This document shows, one piece after another, positions 25,005-37,316 of a stretch of DNA of 64,000 nucleotides. Each line of letters opens with the position of its first letter. Position 1 is the stretch's first letter. The notes below the pieces were generated by a model. It worked only from the letters and a program-made list of their open reading frames with translations, did not search any database and had not been told where the DNA came from. The translations under genes and the position numbers were made by a program. Source of the DNA: Azolla caroliniana (taxonomy: Eukaryota > Plantae > Polypodiophyta); assembly GCA_043228905.1 (NCBI GenBank), contig JBHGNT010000001.1, positions 17,422,001 through 17,486,000 on the forward strand, read 5' to 3'.

Positions 25005-27498
25005 GTTCCGAAAATGGCTCCATCTTGTAGAACTTGTCACCGGTCTTCCTCCGATTCTCGGCATCCGCTCGGAGTGTCTGCAGCTCGGTTGCCTGTTGTG
25101 ACCACTCCTTCCATAGCTTTTCCGTACTTTCGTTGATGCTTGCCTGAACTCGGGTACTCCATCCTGACATGATGAGCTTGATCCGGTCAACCCCCGCCTT
25201 AGCATGCGCATAAGCTTCTTGCTTTTCCTTCCTTGCCCGTTTTATAATGTCGGCCATTATCTGAGCCTGGGCCTCGTAATCCACTTTCTGCTTTTCATAG
25301 GTACTTTGCAGTTTGCTGATCGTGAAGGTCGATTTTTCCTTTTCTTCATTCCTGATCTTGGTTAGATCCAGCTTTTCCTGCCTTAGCGCCTCTAATTCCT
25401 TCCTTCTCTCTGTCGCTTGGGCTATTTCCGCCGACAATGCTTCCTTGTTGGCACTGACCTCATCTATTGCCTTAGCTAGGTCTAATCGGGTCTCTTTGAG
25501 CTGTTCTTTCAGCTTCTCTATTTGCCGGTCGTAGTCTGCTGCCCGTTTCTTGTTGTCCGACTCGGCCTGCTTGTGATCTCGGTAGAGACAGTCGAAGTCC
25601 TCTGTCTTCTGCTTCAGGCGTCGGTTTGCCTGAGCTCGTAACCGATCGTCCCGGTCCTTCTGTTGTCGGAGTTCTTCCTGCAGTCGTTTTATCTCCTGCT
25701 CGGCATGTCGACGCAGTCGGTCCTTCTCCTTTTGCAGCTTCTCTTTTTCTTCTTGCAGTCGGTCATTAGTGGCTCGACCTTTCCGGAGGCCTTCTTCCAT
25801 TTTTCGTCTGTCGTCCTCCACCGCTTTCCGCTGCTCCCTTTCTCTTTCCCTTAATGCCTCCTGAGCTTTTAACTCCTCTCGTAAGGTTTCTATTATTTTT
25901 TTGGTCTCAGGGCCGGTTTGCAAGGCTACCGGTTCCGATTCCGGTTCTGGTTGCTTCCTTGTTGTCCCGACCGGCTCGGTGACAACTTGTGCTTGTTGAA
26001 TTCCTTCCCTTGCCTGCAACAACTCCCCTTGCATTTCCTCGATCTGTGTTCGGAGCGCGACCAACTCCTAAGTTGTTGTATGCGTCAGCTGTTGACTACA
26101 CGTTTCTTCTTTCTCTAACTGGTCCGCTACTCCCGATAACTGCTCCGAAAGCCATCTCAACCATTGTGGCTTTGTTCTTCCTGTGTCGGGGTGGCCTTGC
26201 TCACTTAACTCAGGCTGTTTTTCTGGCCTTTTCTCTGGCTCCGGCGCTTGTTCATTCTTCTTCTCTGGGATGGCCGGTTCTCTGAAGTCCGGCGCAACCG
26301 GTGTCGGTGCTGCTTCCCTCGGTACGGGTTCCGGTACTGCTTCCGCCTCGGCTATTGGAGGTGGTCCTTGCGCCCTCTGCTGAGTTTTGTCAACTGGTGG
26401 AGCCGGTCCTTTCGCCCGTCTCTCCCGACCCTGTCTTGCTGGGAGTCTTACCAGTGGTTCGGATGAGTCTTCTGTTTCAGCTTCCTCCTCCGGTGCGGCT
26501 ACCAGGCGGACCTTTTGTATAAAGACCTCTGGTTCCGGTTCCGGCCGTCGCAGCGTTATATTGATTGGTTTGCGTGCTACCGGTTCCTCCTCGGCCGATT
26601 TCCCTTTGCCTTTACCTGCCGGTTTTGCCTTTGTTGCCGGTTCCTGTTGCTGTCGGGATGGTCCTTCCCCCCGCTGTTCTGCATCTTGCTGGGTCCATCC
26701 GGGGGTGTGTTTCTCCAAGATCTGTCGGCGCTTTGTGACCTTTTTCGGCGTCGTCTCCTACCGACCTCTTTTCTTTTGTGTGATGGGGAGCACCGGTGGG
26801 ACTAACACCGTTAGCCATTGTGCTATCCCGGCCCATGGCATTTTTCCTTCCACAAGATTCTTGATGGCCTCCTTCAATCCTTCGGTTATGAAATGGAGCC
26901 AGTCTACTTGTAATCCTTCGTATGCTGCTATTAAGAACGCTGCCCCGTACCTGGCTATGGCCGGGGGACGAGGATTCACGAATCCGTATTCCATCATGGC
27001 GCGGGCCACTTCTCCGAACAGCAGGTTCTCTCCGCCCTGTGTTCGGTACGCCTTGTTGCTGATAGAGTACTCACCAAAATATTCGAACAGGATTTCACTT
27101 GAAGGGTTTTCGATTGTTTGAAGTCCTCCTGCTTTTATCCCCGTGAGCGCCTGCACCGCTCCTTCCGTGATTTCTGATAAATCGATCGATGCTGCCGCCT
27201 GCTCTGGTTCTGCGTGTGGTGGAGCGTTGGCGATCCGCAGCAATCCTTTTAACCCGTTCTCCCTCATCCATTGGCGTGCCTCCTCCGTCAGTACCATTGT
27301 TTCGAATTCTTCTTCTGCTGCCTGTTGTTCGGGATCGGACTGTGTGTGCTCTGTGCGTCGGATCGCTCTTCTGTGCTTCTGCGCCTGTACGTAGGAAAAT
27401 TCGTAAAAAGTGAGTCCTTCGCAGGCCTGTGTCTTATATAGTGGCTTTTGCCTCGAGCCGCCCTTTTTCGTTTCCCGCTCATGTTCCTCTCCCGCCAT
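25005..27498 (-). pseudogene. Extra ORF of element E (>830 codons): globular N-domain, Pro/Glu linker, long coiled coil
   Basis: ORFs 26758-27561, 26068-26718 and 24829-26064 share one frame, separated by single TAG stops; ATG 27498 with TATTTAAA ~55 bp upstream. Confidence 0.8.
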
Positions 27499-30242
27499 AA
27501 TTAGTATGTCCTTTCTTGTTTGCCGCGTGTGAGTGCCCACATTCCATGCTTTAAATAGCAAGTACGAGCACGTCCTTCTTTAATGCATGGCGCCTCTTCG
27601 TTGCATGGTGGCGCTCCCACCTCTTGTGATCTCCCCATCATTACTATGATTCGCGTCGATTTTGCCCACGTCTTCTTCTTTCTTTATTTTTATTTATTTA
27701 TTTATTTATTTATTTTTCTTTGTTTGTTTGGACCACGTCATTTGCTGGTCCCCCCCGATTTGTTCGGGTTGGTTCGTGTGGATACCGGATCCTTCTGTCG
27801 GTTTTCTGGGATAGTCTTTGTCAGTATCGGTGTCGGTTCTTCCTCGGTCCGAATATCTTCAACAACGTCTGTCGGTGTCGGTTCCTCATCTTGCCGGATT
27901 TCCGGGTTTTGCTTGAACGGGTTGGCTGGCATATTTCCCTTATACGGCTTTAGCCGAAACCCATTTGCCCACTTGCCGATGACATCTCCAGACAACGTGC
28001 CGAGCTGATACGACCCATTGTACTCCTTGGTGATCCAGAACGGTCCGGTCCACCGAAACCGCAACTTTCCCGGCATGTTCCCCATCCGTGTCTGGAATAG
28101 TAGCACCGGTTTCCCGACTTCGAACTCCTTTTCGTTGCCATGCCGGTGTCGAATGCCCTCAAGTTTTCAAAACTCCTCGAATGCCCCTTATCGTTCTCTT
28201 TTTCCCTCTTTTTTTCCGTTTTTGTCTTTTTCTTTTTCTTGCCTCTTCTTCCTCTTTCTTTCTGTTTTCTTTTCCCGCTTCTCTACTTGCCTTCCTGTCT
28301 CTCCTCTCTTCTTCTGTTGTTCTTCTGTATTTGTCTTCCTCTTCCTTGCTCATTTTTCTCCATCCTCTGTCTTAAGCCTTCTCTGCCTTCTCTTCTATAC
28401 TCTCTACTTTCTTCTCTGTGTGTTCTAGTTCCTTCTCTCATTCCATGGTCTCTCCGTCACTATCTCCATTTCGTTGTCTCTGTCGTCTACCGGCCACTCG
28501 TGACCGTTGGTTGTCGCCGCTCCTCTATCTGTCACCGATACTATCCGGCCCGTTGTTTTGGCGTCAGTTGTCCAGCCTTTCTGGGCACATTTCAGCCACT
28601 CTGGCCATTCCGGCTGCATTTCGGCCATTTCTGTGCATTTCACCCGCCTCGACCGCAACCGGCTCCTTTCTGGTGGCTGCCCTTGTTTTGCCATCATCAT
28701 CGTTGTTCCGACCGCTCTTTGATTGCTTGTCCTTCTGGTCCTGCATCCGCGGTTGTCTCCATCTACATATTGGTGTATCTCCTTCCGACCGGTTGTCGTC
28801 TCTGTCCATTTATGCCTCGTTTGTTGTTGTGTGTGTCTGTTTGGCCCTTCGTTTCAGTGTCATCTCCGATCCGGTCGTCGATTGTTCAGCCACCGCCATC
28901 GCTCTGGCCGGTTCCGTCTCTATCCGGGCCTATCTGGCCACTCCGGCCACTGGTCGGCTATTCCAGTCGCTTTGGCCGCTCCTCGGCTCTCGGTTGCTCC
29001 GGCTGCCTCCATTGCGGACTCCATTGCCGTCTCTGTCGGTTTCGTCGTCGTCCGACACCGTCCGTCATCCTGGCGGCCTGTTTGCTTCCCTGACCTTGTC
29101 CGGCCCTCCGGCCGCTCCGGCTGCTGTCGGTTGGTGATGACCGTTCCTGAAGCCTCTCTCATCTTCGTCGGCCCTGTCTGGCTGGTCTGCAGTCGCGTGG
29201 CCGGTCTGTTTAGTCGTCATCCGGTTGTCAGCCGTTGATATCTGACGGTTGTCTCTTCGTTCGTCGCTTTTCGGCGTCACTGTTGTTGTTTCGGCTCTGT
29301 CTACTCTGACGGCCGCCCGGCCATTACGACCGCTTCGGTGCCAACCAACTCTTGTTCTGGTTCCAACTTTTTCCGCGTTGCTTCTCTGGAAACTGGAAAC
29401 TGTGAACACGTCCCATTCCGGTACCGCACATCTTGCTGGCCCACGCTCCACACATTGCGTCTTCCTCCGCAGTCTCCTTGGAACACGCACACGTTGCTGC
29501 TAACTGCACATTTGCACATTGTCATTTCCATTCTCGCACACTCATGTAACGCCATCCTTTTGCAACTTGTTTTGCAGCTTCCACTCATGCATTGACACCG
29601 TTTTTGTACATCTTGGCCAACATTTCTCGGACATTTAGGGCAAAAATAGACCACACAAAACATTCACATATAGAGATTAATTTGTTGTAGAATTGTGCAG
29701 CAGTCAATCTTGTCAATCTTCCATTTCTGATTTCTTCCGCCTTTTGCTACATATCGCCATCATTACTCGGACATCTCTTACATATCATCATCACTATGCC
29801 TCACATTGTCGCGTATCATTCTTCAACTCCGTCTCCAAAGGGCAGTCGCCTTAGTGGTCGCCAAAAGGTGTTGTCTGCCTGGCCGGACTAGCCTCAACAC
29901 AGGTGTCTATCCGACACTTCTCCAAAGGGGTGGTAAGGATTGGATGCTAGGTTACACGCGTAAGATGATTATGATTAAGCACAGACGGTAAACAATACGA
30001 AGATACAGATAAACACGCAATAATTACTATTGTATTACTTCCGTCAAACCCTTTACAATTCATCGGATCCTTTTATAGGCATCCGGCAAGGTTACAATCG
30101 GTGCGCTTAGGCAACCGACATCCGAATCGGTACAACTGTACCGGATCCGTCCCTCCGAATAATAATTCTACTATTATTTACTTCCTATTATCCGATCCGA
30201 CTCCGCCTTCCCACTTGTCCTTGCTCTTCTGACCGGCCAACA
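25005..30242 (-). mobile_element. Non-autonomous non-chromoviral (Athila/Tat-like) Gypsy element E, 3'-truncated
   Basis: LTR 29869-30242 (TGTTG..CAACA), PBS-like TGGCGACCAC on the minus strand, integrase C-terminus (GKLRFRWTGPF..NGFRLKPY) at ~27940-28150, then an extra ORF; no RT/RH visible. Confidence 0.75.
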
Positions 30243-32131
30243 TTTTGCTCGCAGTAGCCGCGACCAAGGGGTGGCACCTACATCAGATGGATGTAAAGAA
30301 TGCATTCCTGCAAGGTGACCTTGAGGAACGGGTGTACATGGTACAACCCCCCGGATTTCACTCTGGAACGAACTCCTCGGCAATATGCCGACTGAAGAAG
30401 TCCCTTTACGGACTGAAGCAAGCCCCGCGTGCCTAGAACGCGAAGATCACGCAACGACTGCGTTGGTTGGGCTTCGTCACGTCAAAATTGGACTCTTCCC
30501 TGTTCATCCGGAAAGGTCGACTCAGACCGGTTAGTATTTTACTGTATGTTGATGACTTGGTCATCACCGACGCCGACCTAGGAGAAATCGACCGCGTGAA
30601 GCTCCAGCTTGCGGCATCGTTCGACATGAAGGATCTGGGGGACCTTCATTACTTCCTCGGGATCGAAGTGATCCGTACCCCCGAAGGCATATTGATCAGC
30701 CAACGTCATTACGTGCTGAGTATGCTCTTCAAACTCGGGATGGCCGACTGTAAGTCCATCTCGACTCCTCTGGATAGAACCGTCAAGCTTCGTCCCGATA
30801 CGGGAAAGGTATGCGACCCGACGAGGTTCCGACAAATTGTCGGTAGCCTCATATACTTAACCATCACCCGACCCAACCTCAGTTATCGAGTCGGAGTGAT
30901 CAGTCAGTTCATGGCGCGACCTACCGAGGAGCACCTTCAGTGTGCGCGACGCGTACTTCGGTACGTAAGCGGCACTAAGGACCGCGGACTGCTATATCGG
31001 ACCGGTGCATCCGCGCAGTTAGTCGGCTACACTGATGCTGATTGGGCTGGCAACGCCGTCGATCGCCGATCCACGTCCGGATACGCGTTCTCCCTCGGGA
31101 GTGTCGCGATCGCGTGGAGCAGTAAGAAGCAACCGACAATTGCACTGTCGAGCACCGAAGCTGAGTACCGAGGAGCGGCTGTCGCGACATGCGAAGCCAT
31201 ATGGTTGAAGCGGCTTCTTAAGGACCTGCAAGAGGAGGTGTCAGATCCGACGACGATCTACTGCGACAACCTCAACAGCATCGAGCTCGCGAAAAACCCC
31301 GTTTTCCACACACGGACCAAGCACATTGAGGTGCACTACCATTTCGTCCGTGAGCGTGTCCTTTCCGGTGAAGTCGAACTTCAGTACGTGCCGACGGATC
31401 GGCAGACTGCCGACATCTTCACAAAGCCGCTTGGTCTGGACAAGTTGCAGCAATTCTCAGGTTCGCTCGGGTTGCGTCACCTTGATGTGCCAAACTTGAG
31501 GGGGAGAACAGTCCCGAACGACCAAGCAAGGCAGCAGGAAAGGAGCGGACACGGCGACACCGAGTCAGTTGATAAGTTCGACATCGGATCGGCTAAAGAA
31601 GCCGAGGGCGGACCCGCGGAAAAGTTCGGAAGCAGACAGAAGGGGAGCAACCGAAGGAGAGAGCCGAAGCCAACCACGCATGGGGAAGATGACGCCATCG
31701 AAGGCGAGAAGACCGAAGACGAGTTGGAGACAACCAACTCGGACGAGAACGAAAACCGATCGGAGGTAGCCGAGTCGGTTCGGATGTTTGATTCAGACAC
31801 GTTGAATCAACCGAGGCCCAAGCGGAAGAAAAGGCAGCAGAAGAAGTGTCGACACCGCAACAGCAGAAGAGCTGATAAGGGCCGCATGAGCAGACGAGCC
31901 GACCGGAAGGGTCGAAGCGCGCAGAGTCGAACAGGTCGAGGAGCGCGAGCGAGGCGTGAAGACAGGAGGAACCGGAGCTGTGTGCCCGAGGATCTCGAGA
32001 ACCTCAAGTTGAGCTTGAGGGGGAGTGTTGAGAGACAAGCTCAACATCGGCCGGATCGGCTGAAGAAGCCGAGGACCGGATCGGTTGGGACCGATCGGTT
32101 AGGCCGAGTGCGTAAACCGGGAGGTCGTTAG
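30243..32131 (+). pseudogene. RT-RNase H of Copia C2 with charged tail reading into the 3' LTR
   Basis: [40 protein letters not shown]. Confidence 0.9.
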
Positions 32132-35100
32132 GAAAGATATTCCGTGAGGAATATATTTGGGAGTTAGTGTAGGAGCTCTCAATGAGGATTGAAGTACTGT
32201 CAGTACTTCGATCAGTCCTTCTACGACTTGTATAAAAGTGTTCTCTGAGCACGTCTTATGTACAGACTGAGTATTATTGTTGAATATAGTTTTTGTGTCT
32301 TCTCTCTCACTCTCTCTGTCTCTCCCGCGTATACCGTGTAAGCTCAAGCTCTCCATTAAACCTGAGTTTCCTTCCTTCTGTTCGGTCTTAATACCTGCTT
32401 CCGCACGCTACTTTTTACAATTCTCATCGTTAGTACTGTTGGCATATAAGGCCGACTCCTTCCACCTTGTATTTGTTCGAGTGTGAACTCGACAATAAGT
32501 TAGGGCTTAGTAAATAAGCGAATACCTAACATTGTAATGAGTGACGACGAAAAAAGACGATTATAATCTCTGAGAGAGAAAAACATGTTGTGCAGAAAGA
32601 AGAAGCTTTCCATTAAAGCTTGCAACTGTGTAAGTCTATATCTGCCTTCTCTATCTTCTGTGTGTATGTTGTTTGTTGTTCATAGCCATACAATCCGAAC
32701 ACACACTTCCGCATAATTGTCAACATTAACCAACAAGTGGTATCAGAGCAGTGTTTTGCTGTGCGGCGGCAATAGATAATAGAAGAAGAAGCTGAAAGAA
32801 AAGATCAGGTCAAAAACATCAAATCCATAGAATGAATATGGCTTCAACATTCGGAACATGAGTTGAAATTAGAAAGTTCGACGGCAAAAACTTTGCCTTG
32901 TGGAAAGAGATGATGCAGGATGTGCTGATTATTCGAAGACAGGTCGAAGCCATTCGGCATAATGAAAAGGCTACTTCGATGACAAGAAGAGTGGAGATCA
33001 ATGGACGAAATAACACACTCCACTATCCGAATGCATTTGGCTGAAAACATCTATTTCAGCATGGCAAAAGAGACGAGAACGTTCTCATTGTGGGAGAAAT
33101 TACAGGCCGTATATGAGAAGAAGTCCTCATCTTCAAAACTTATCTTGATGAAACAATTGTTCAACATGAAGATGAAAGAGACCGATCCAGCAACCTCCCA
33201 CATCAACACCTTCAACCGGGTGTTTTCAGAGCTCTCGTCCCAAGGGATCAACTTCGAAGAAGTGAAGGCCCTTGCCCTCCTATCGAGCTTGCCGGCGAGT
33301 TGGGAGGTATTCTGCACAACATACGCCAATAGCCAACCGATCCTGAATTTGGACGAAACAACTGGCCAAGTCCTCATAGAGGACATTAGACGAACATCGA
33401 TGGGACTATCCATCGACGAGTCGGTAGAAGCCCACCACTTGACTGAGTCGTTCAACCGATAGAGTCGACTGAAAGAACAAGCCGACAGAACCGGTCGATG
33501 ATATAGTCGGTTGAGAACGAGGGGAGACGGATAGTGGTCGAAGTAAAAAACGGGCTGAACAAGCGAGTACTACACACGCTGTAGGAAAGCTGGCCACAAT
33601 ATTTCCGATTGCTAGTCGATAAAAAGAAAAGAGAGTGGTTGGCGATCCGAGCGGAATCGGGGACGTTCCGACTCAGACCACTCTCCAGTCGGCAACCAGA
33701 TCAATGTTGCCGACACCCGATCCGGAGAAATCCTCTCTCTAGAGGATTCGATGATCAGAGAAGTCCTCTACAGTTCACAAGTTGCACACACGTGGCTACT
33801 AGACTCTAGGGCCACATTTCACGTGACCCCCAACGTTGAATGGTTCTCGAACTATTCAGCCGATGCCAACGGCACAATCCGACTGGGAAACGAGCAGGAG
33901 TGCAAGATAGCCGGAACCGGGGAGGTTCCCATCAGATTGCCAAATGGCAACACATTAACCATGTACCGAGTTCGGCACATACCCGATCTAAAGAGGAGTC
34001 TGGTCTCCATCGACATGTTAGCCGAAGACAGGTATCGAACGACTCTACACGAGTCGACATGGGTGATCAGCCAAGGAAACCTCAAAAACAGTAGTGGGCG
34101 TAAGTATAATAATCTATACCCATTGATGGCGATCAACCCTGAAGGGGCTGTGAACGTAGTCGAGAAAACTGACCCGAATTTATGGCATGACCGACTTGGC
34201 CACATGTCTCAAGCCGGACTTGATCGGATGATGTCGGTCAGCTACATACCGAAACTCTAGGCAAAGATGGACTTTTGCGAGCACTGTCAATATGGGAAAC
34301 AGACCCGAAGTCCGCACTCTCCACTATGAGACGGTACGACAACCCCTAGAGCTTGTGCACACAGACATATGTGGGCCCAATGCCAGAGCGATCACTAGGA
34401 GGCTTCTGGTACTTCATCACATTCGTAGATGACTGTACACGGAAAGTTTGGGCATACTTCATCAAGTCCAAATATGAAGCGCTCGAGGTCTTCAATCGAT
34501 GGATATCTGAAGTGGAGAACCGGTCGGGACACAGAGTGAAGACACTTCGATCCGACAACGGAGGTGAGTACACCTCCAGAGCCTTCAAACAGTACCTGTC
34601 TGAAAAAGGGATCCGACATCAAAAGACCGTTCCTTACACACCCATGCAAAATGGGGTGGCTGAACGGATCAACCGAACGATCCAGGAGAGGGTGATGACA
34701 ATGCTCTAGCAAGCCGGACTGAAGCTGGAATTCTGGGCCGAGGCATTGCCGACGGCAGTGTACCTTATAAATCTAGCACCGTCAAGAGCAATCAGGCTCG
34801 AAGTGCCACATGCACTATGGTCAGGTAATCAACCGACCTACAATAGGCTCCGTATATTCGGATGTGACGCCTACGCGTTCATCCCCAGGGAAAAAAGGAT
34901 GAAGTTGCCACCCCATGCAACAAAGTGCATATTTCTCAGTTATGGAACGATGGGGACTTCGGCTACTGGCTATGGGACCCTGAGAACCGGAAATTGATCC
35001 TGAGCAACGACGTAGTCTTCAATGAAGACTCTATCTTCTCTCAGAGGAATCGGCAGAAAATAGTGGGCAAGAAGGTATCCTTCGAAGATGACAACGTCAT

Positions 35101-37316
35101 CGTAGAAAGATCGACCCACCGGGCCGAATAAGAGAGTCAACAAACAGTTGAACTCCAACCAGCCAACAACGTCCCAGCTGACACTGAATCGGCAATAAGT
35201 CCCAACGTCGAACTCAACGACAAAGTCATCAAAGACAGAGCCGACTCGACGAAGGTTGATCAAGGCAGAGTCAACAAGGGACAAGTCAGAAAAAAGTCGA
35301 CAACAACCGCAAGGGAGAACAACCACATACCGCCGAAATCCCAAATCGGGGGCGGAATACCAAACAAGACTCCTGACTCAACTAGTTCAAGAAATGCCGA
35401 TCGAAGAATCTGAACCGAATAATACGGCACCCCGGAGATCTGGACGAGCTCAAAGGCAAACAAAGTTTTTATCAACCGGGCCTCGACTATGTCAACTACA
35501 CGGATGCAGGTGAACCAAGCACGTATGAAGAAGCTATGGCTGTACTGGATGCTGAAACATGGCTCCAAGCCATGAAATCCGAAATGGACTCAATTCATCA
35601 ATATCAGACATGGGAGCTGGTCGAACTACCATTAGGAAGAAAGCCACACTACCTTGCAAATGGGTATTCCGATACAAATATGTATCCGACTCAGAGAAAC
35701 CCAAGTACAAAGCTCGGCTTGTCGCAAAAGGATCCAAACATGAATATGGGGTCGACTACGACGAGATATTCTCACCAGTAGTCAAGATGACCACCCTCCG
35801 ACTCCTAGGAGTCGTAGCGACAGAAGACCTAAAGCTCGAGCAGATGGACGTAAAGACGACATTCCTACACGGAGATCTGGAAGAAGACATATACATGTCT
35901 CAACCGGCAGGATTCACGGCGACCGGAGAGGACAATCACCTCGTATGCAGACTAAAGAAAAGTCTATATGGCCTCAAACAAGTGCCAAGAATGTGGTACC
36001 AGAAGTTCGACTCCCACATAAGGCAGCTTGGATACAACAAATCAGACTCTGACCCATGCATATATGTTCGGAAACTGGCCGACGAGTCCAAGATCTATCT
36101 GATCCTTTATGTCGATGACATGTTGGTTCCAGGGAGCAATCAAGCAAAGATCGGAAAGCTCAAGCGGAGCCTTCACGCAAAGTTCGTGATGAAGGAACTA
36201 GGACAAGCCCGACACATATTGGGCATGAGGATAGAGCGAAATAGGACGACCAGGACTCTCTGACTCTCCCAATCCGACTACATCCGCAAGGTGCTGAAGC
36301 GCTTCAACATGAAGAATGTGAAGCCAGCATCGACACCGCTTCCGATGTCGATCAGACTATCAGATAGAGACTCTCCTGCAACGGACCAGGACAAAGAGCT
36401 TCCAGGAAAGATACCCTACGCATTGGCAGTAGGAAGTATCATGTATGCAATGGTGGCGACCCGACCTGACCTAGCCTATGTCGTAGGGGTGGTCAGCCGG
36501 TACATGTCAAACCCAAGAAAGAAGAATTGGGAGGTCGTCAAGCACATCCTTAGGTATCTGAAAGGAACCACGGATGTACAACTGACATTCGGTTCGACAA
36601 CATCAACTGAAGTCGAAGGCTACACCGATTCAGACTATGACGGAAACACGAACAATCGGAAATTGACATCAAGCTACATATTCACCTATGGTGGCGGTGC
36701 GATATCATGGAGGTCGAAACTTCAAGAGTGCACGACTCTGTCTACCACAGAAGTGACGGGAACTCACTGCTCCTTATGCGCAACGCTCGGCCACAACTGA
36801 GATTCTTTTCATACACAGAAAACGGGAAATAAAACACGACACAAAGGAGAGGAAGATACACAGGAGGTTTACGTGGAAAACCCAAAGAGGTAAAAACCAC
36901 GGCAGCCCACAGGCTGCAAACTGTCACTATGTGAGAATGTACAACAGTGAGTTCACTGAGGCAACGACCTCGTGCTCACAGATCTTCGCCACACGCGGTG
37001 GTTACAAAAGAGGCAACGACCTCTTTCTCTCTCTTTGTACACTATTACGTGCTCTCTCTTCTTCTTGCACCAACAAGAAAAAAATGACAACAGCAGTTAC
37101 TAAAAGTTTGCCCTAAGTCATATTTATACTAGTACGACTTTTCGGCTATTTACAAATGTAGCCTCGATAGGCTCTCAGAAACATATTTACGAATATGTCT
37201 CTTCATCCGGTTCATATCGGGTCTGTACCATCCGGCTCTCCGTAGCCGGGTATTCCTCATCCGGTCTTCACCAGGTCTGTATCATCCGGCTCTCCGTAGC
37301 CGGGTACTCCTCAACA

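Larger units (their letters stand above)
23680..32419 (+). mobile_element. Copia element C2 (related to C1), internally deleted and carrying an inverted Gypsy insert
   Basis: 394-bp LTRs 23680-24073 and 32026-32419; TSD ATTCT; PBS 24074-24085; gag 24143-~25005; RT-RH 30243-32131. Confidence 0.93.

Noticed and set aside
28018-29238. Long plus-strand ORFs (e.g. 28140-29093, 317 aa)
   Set aside because: Low-complexity antisense readings of the purine-rich strand of element E.
29301-29663. Cys-rich minus-strand ORF as a metal-binding protein
   Set aside because: No recognisable Cys spacing, flanked by stops in frame, and located in the decayed interior of element E.
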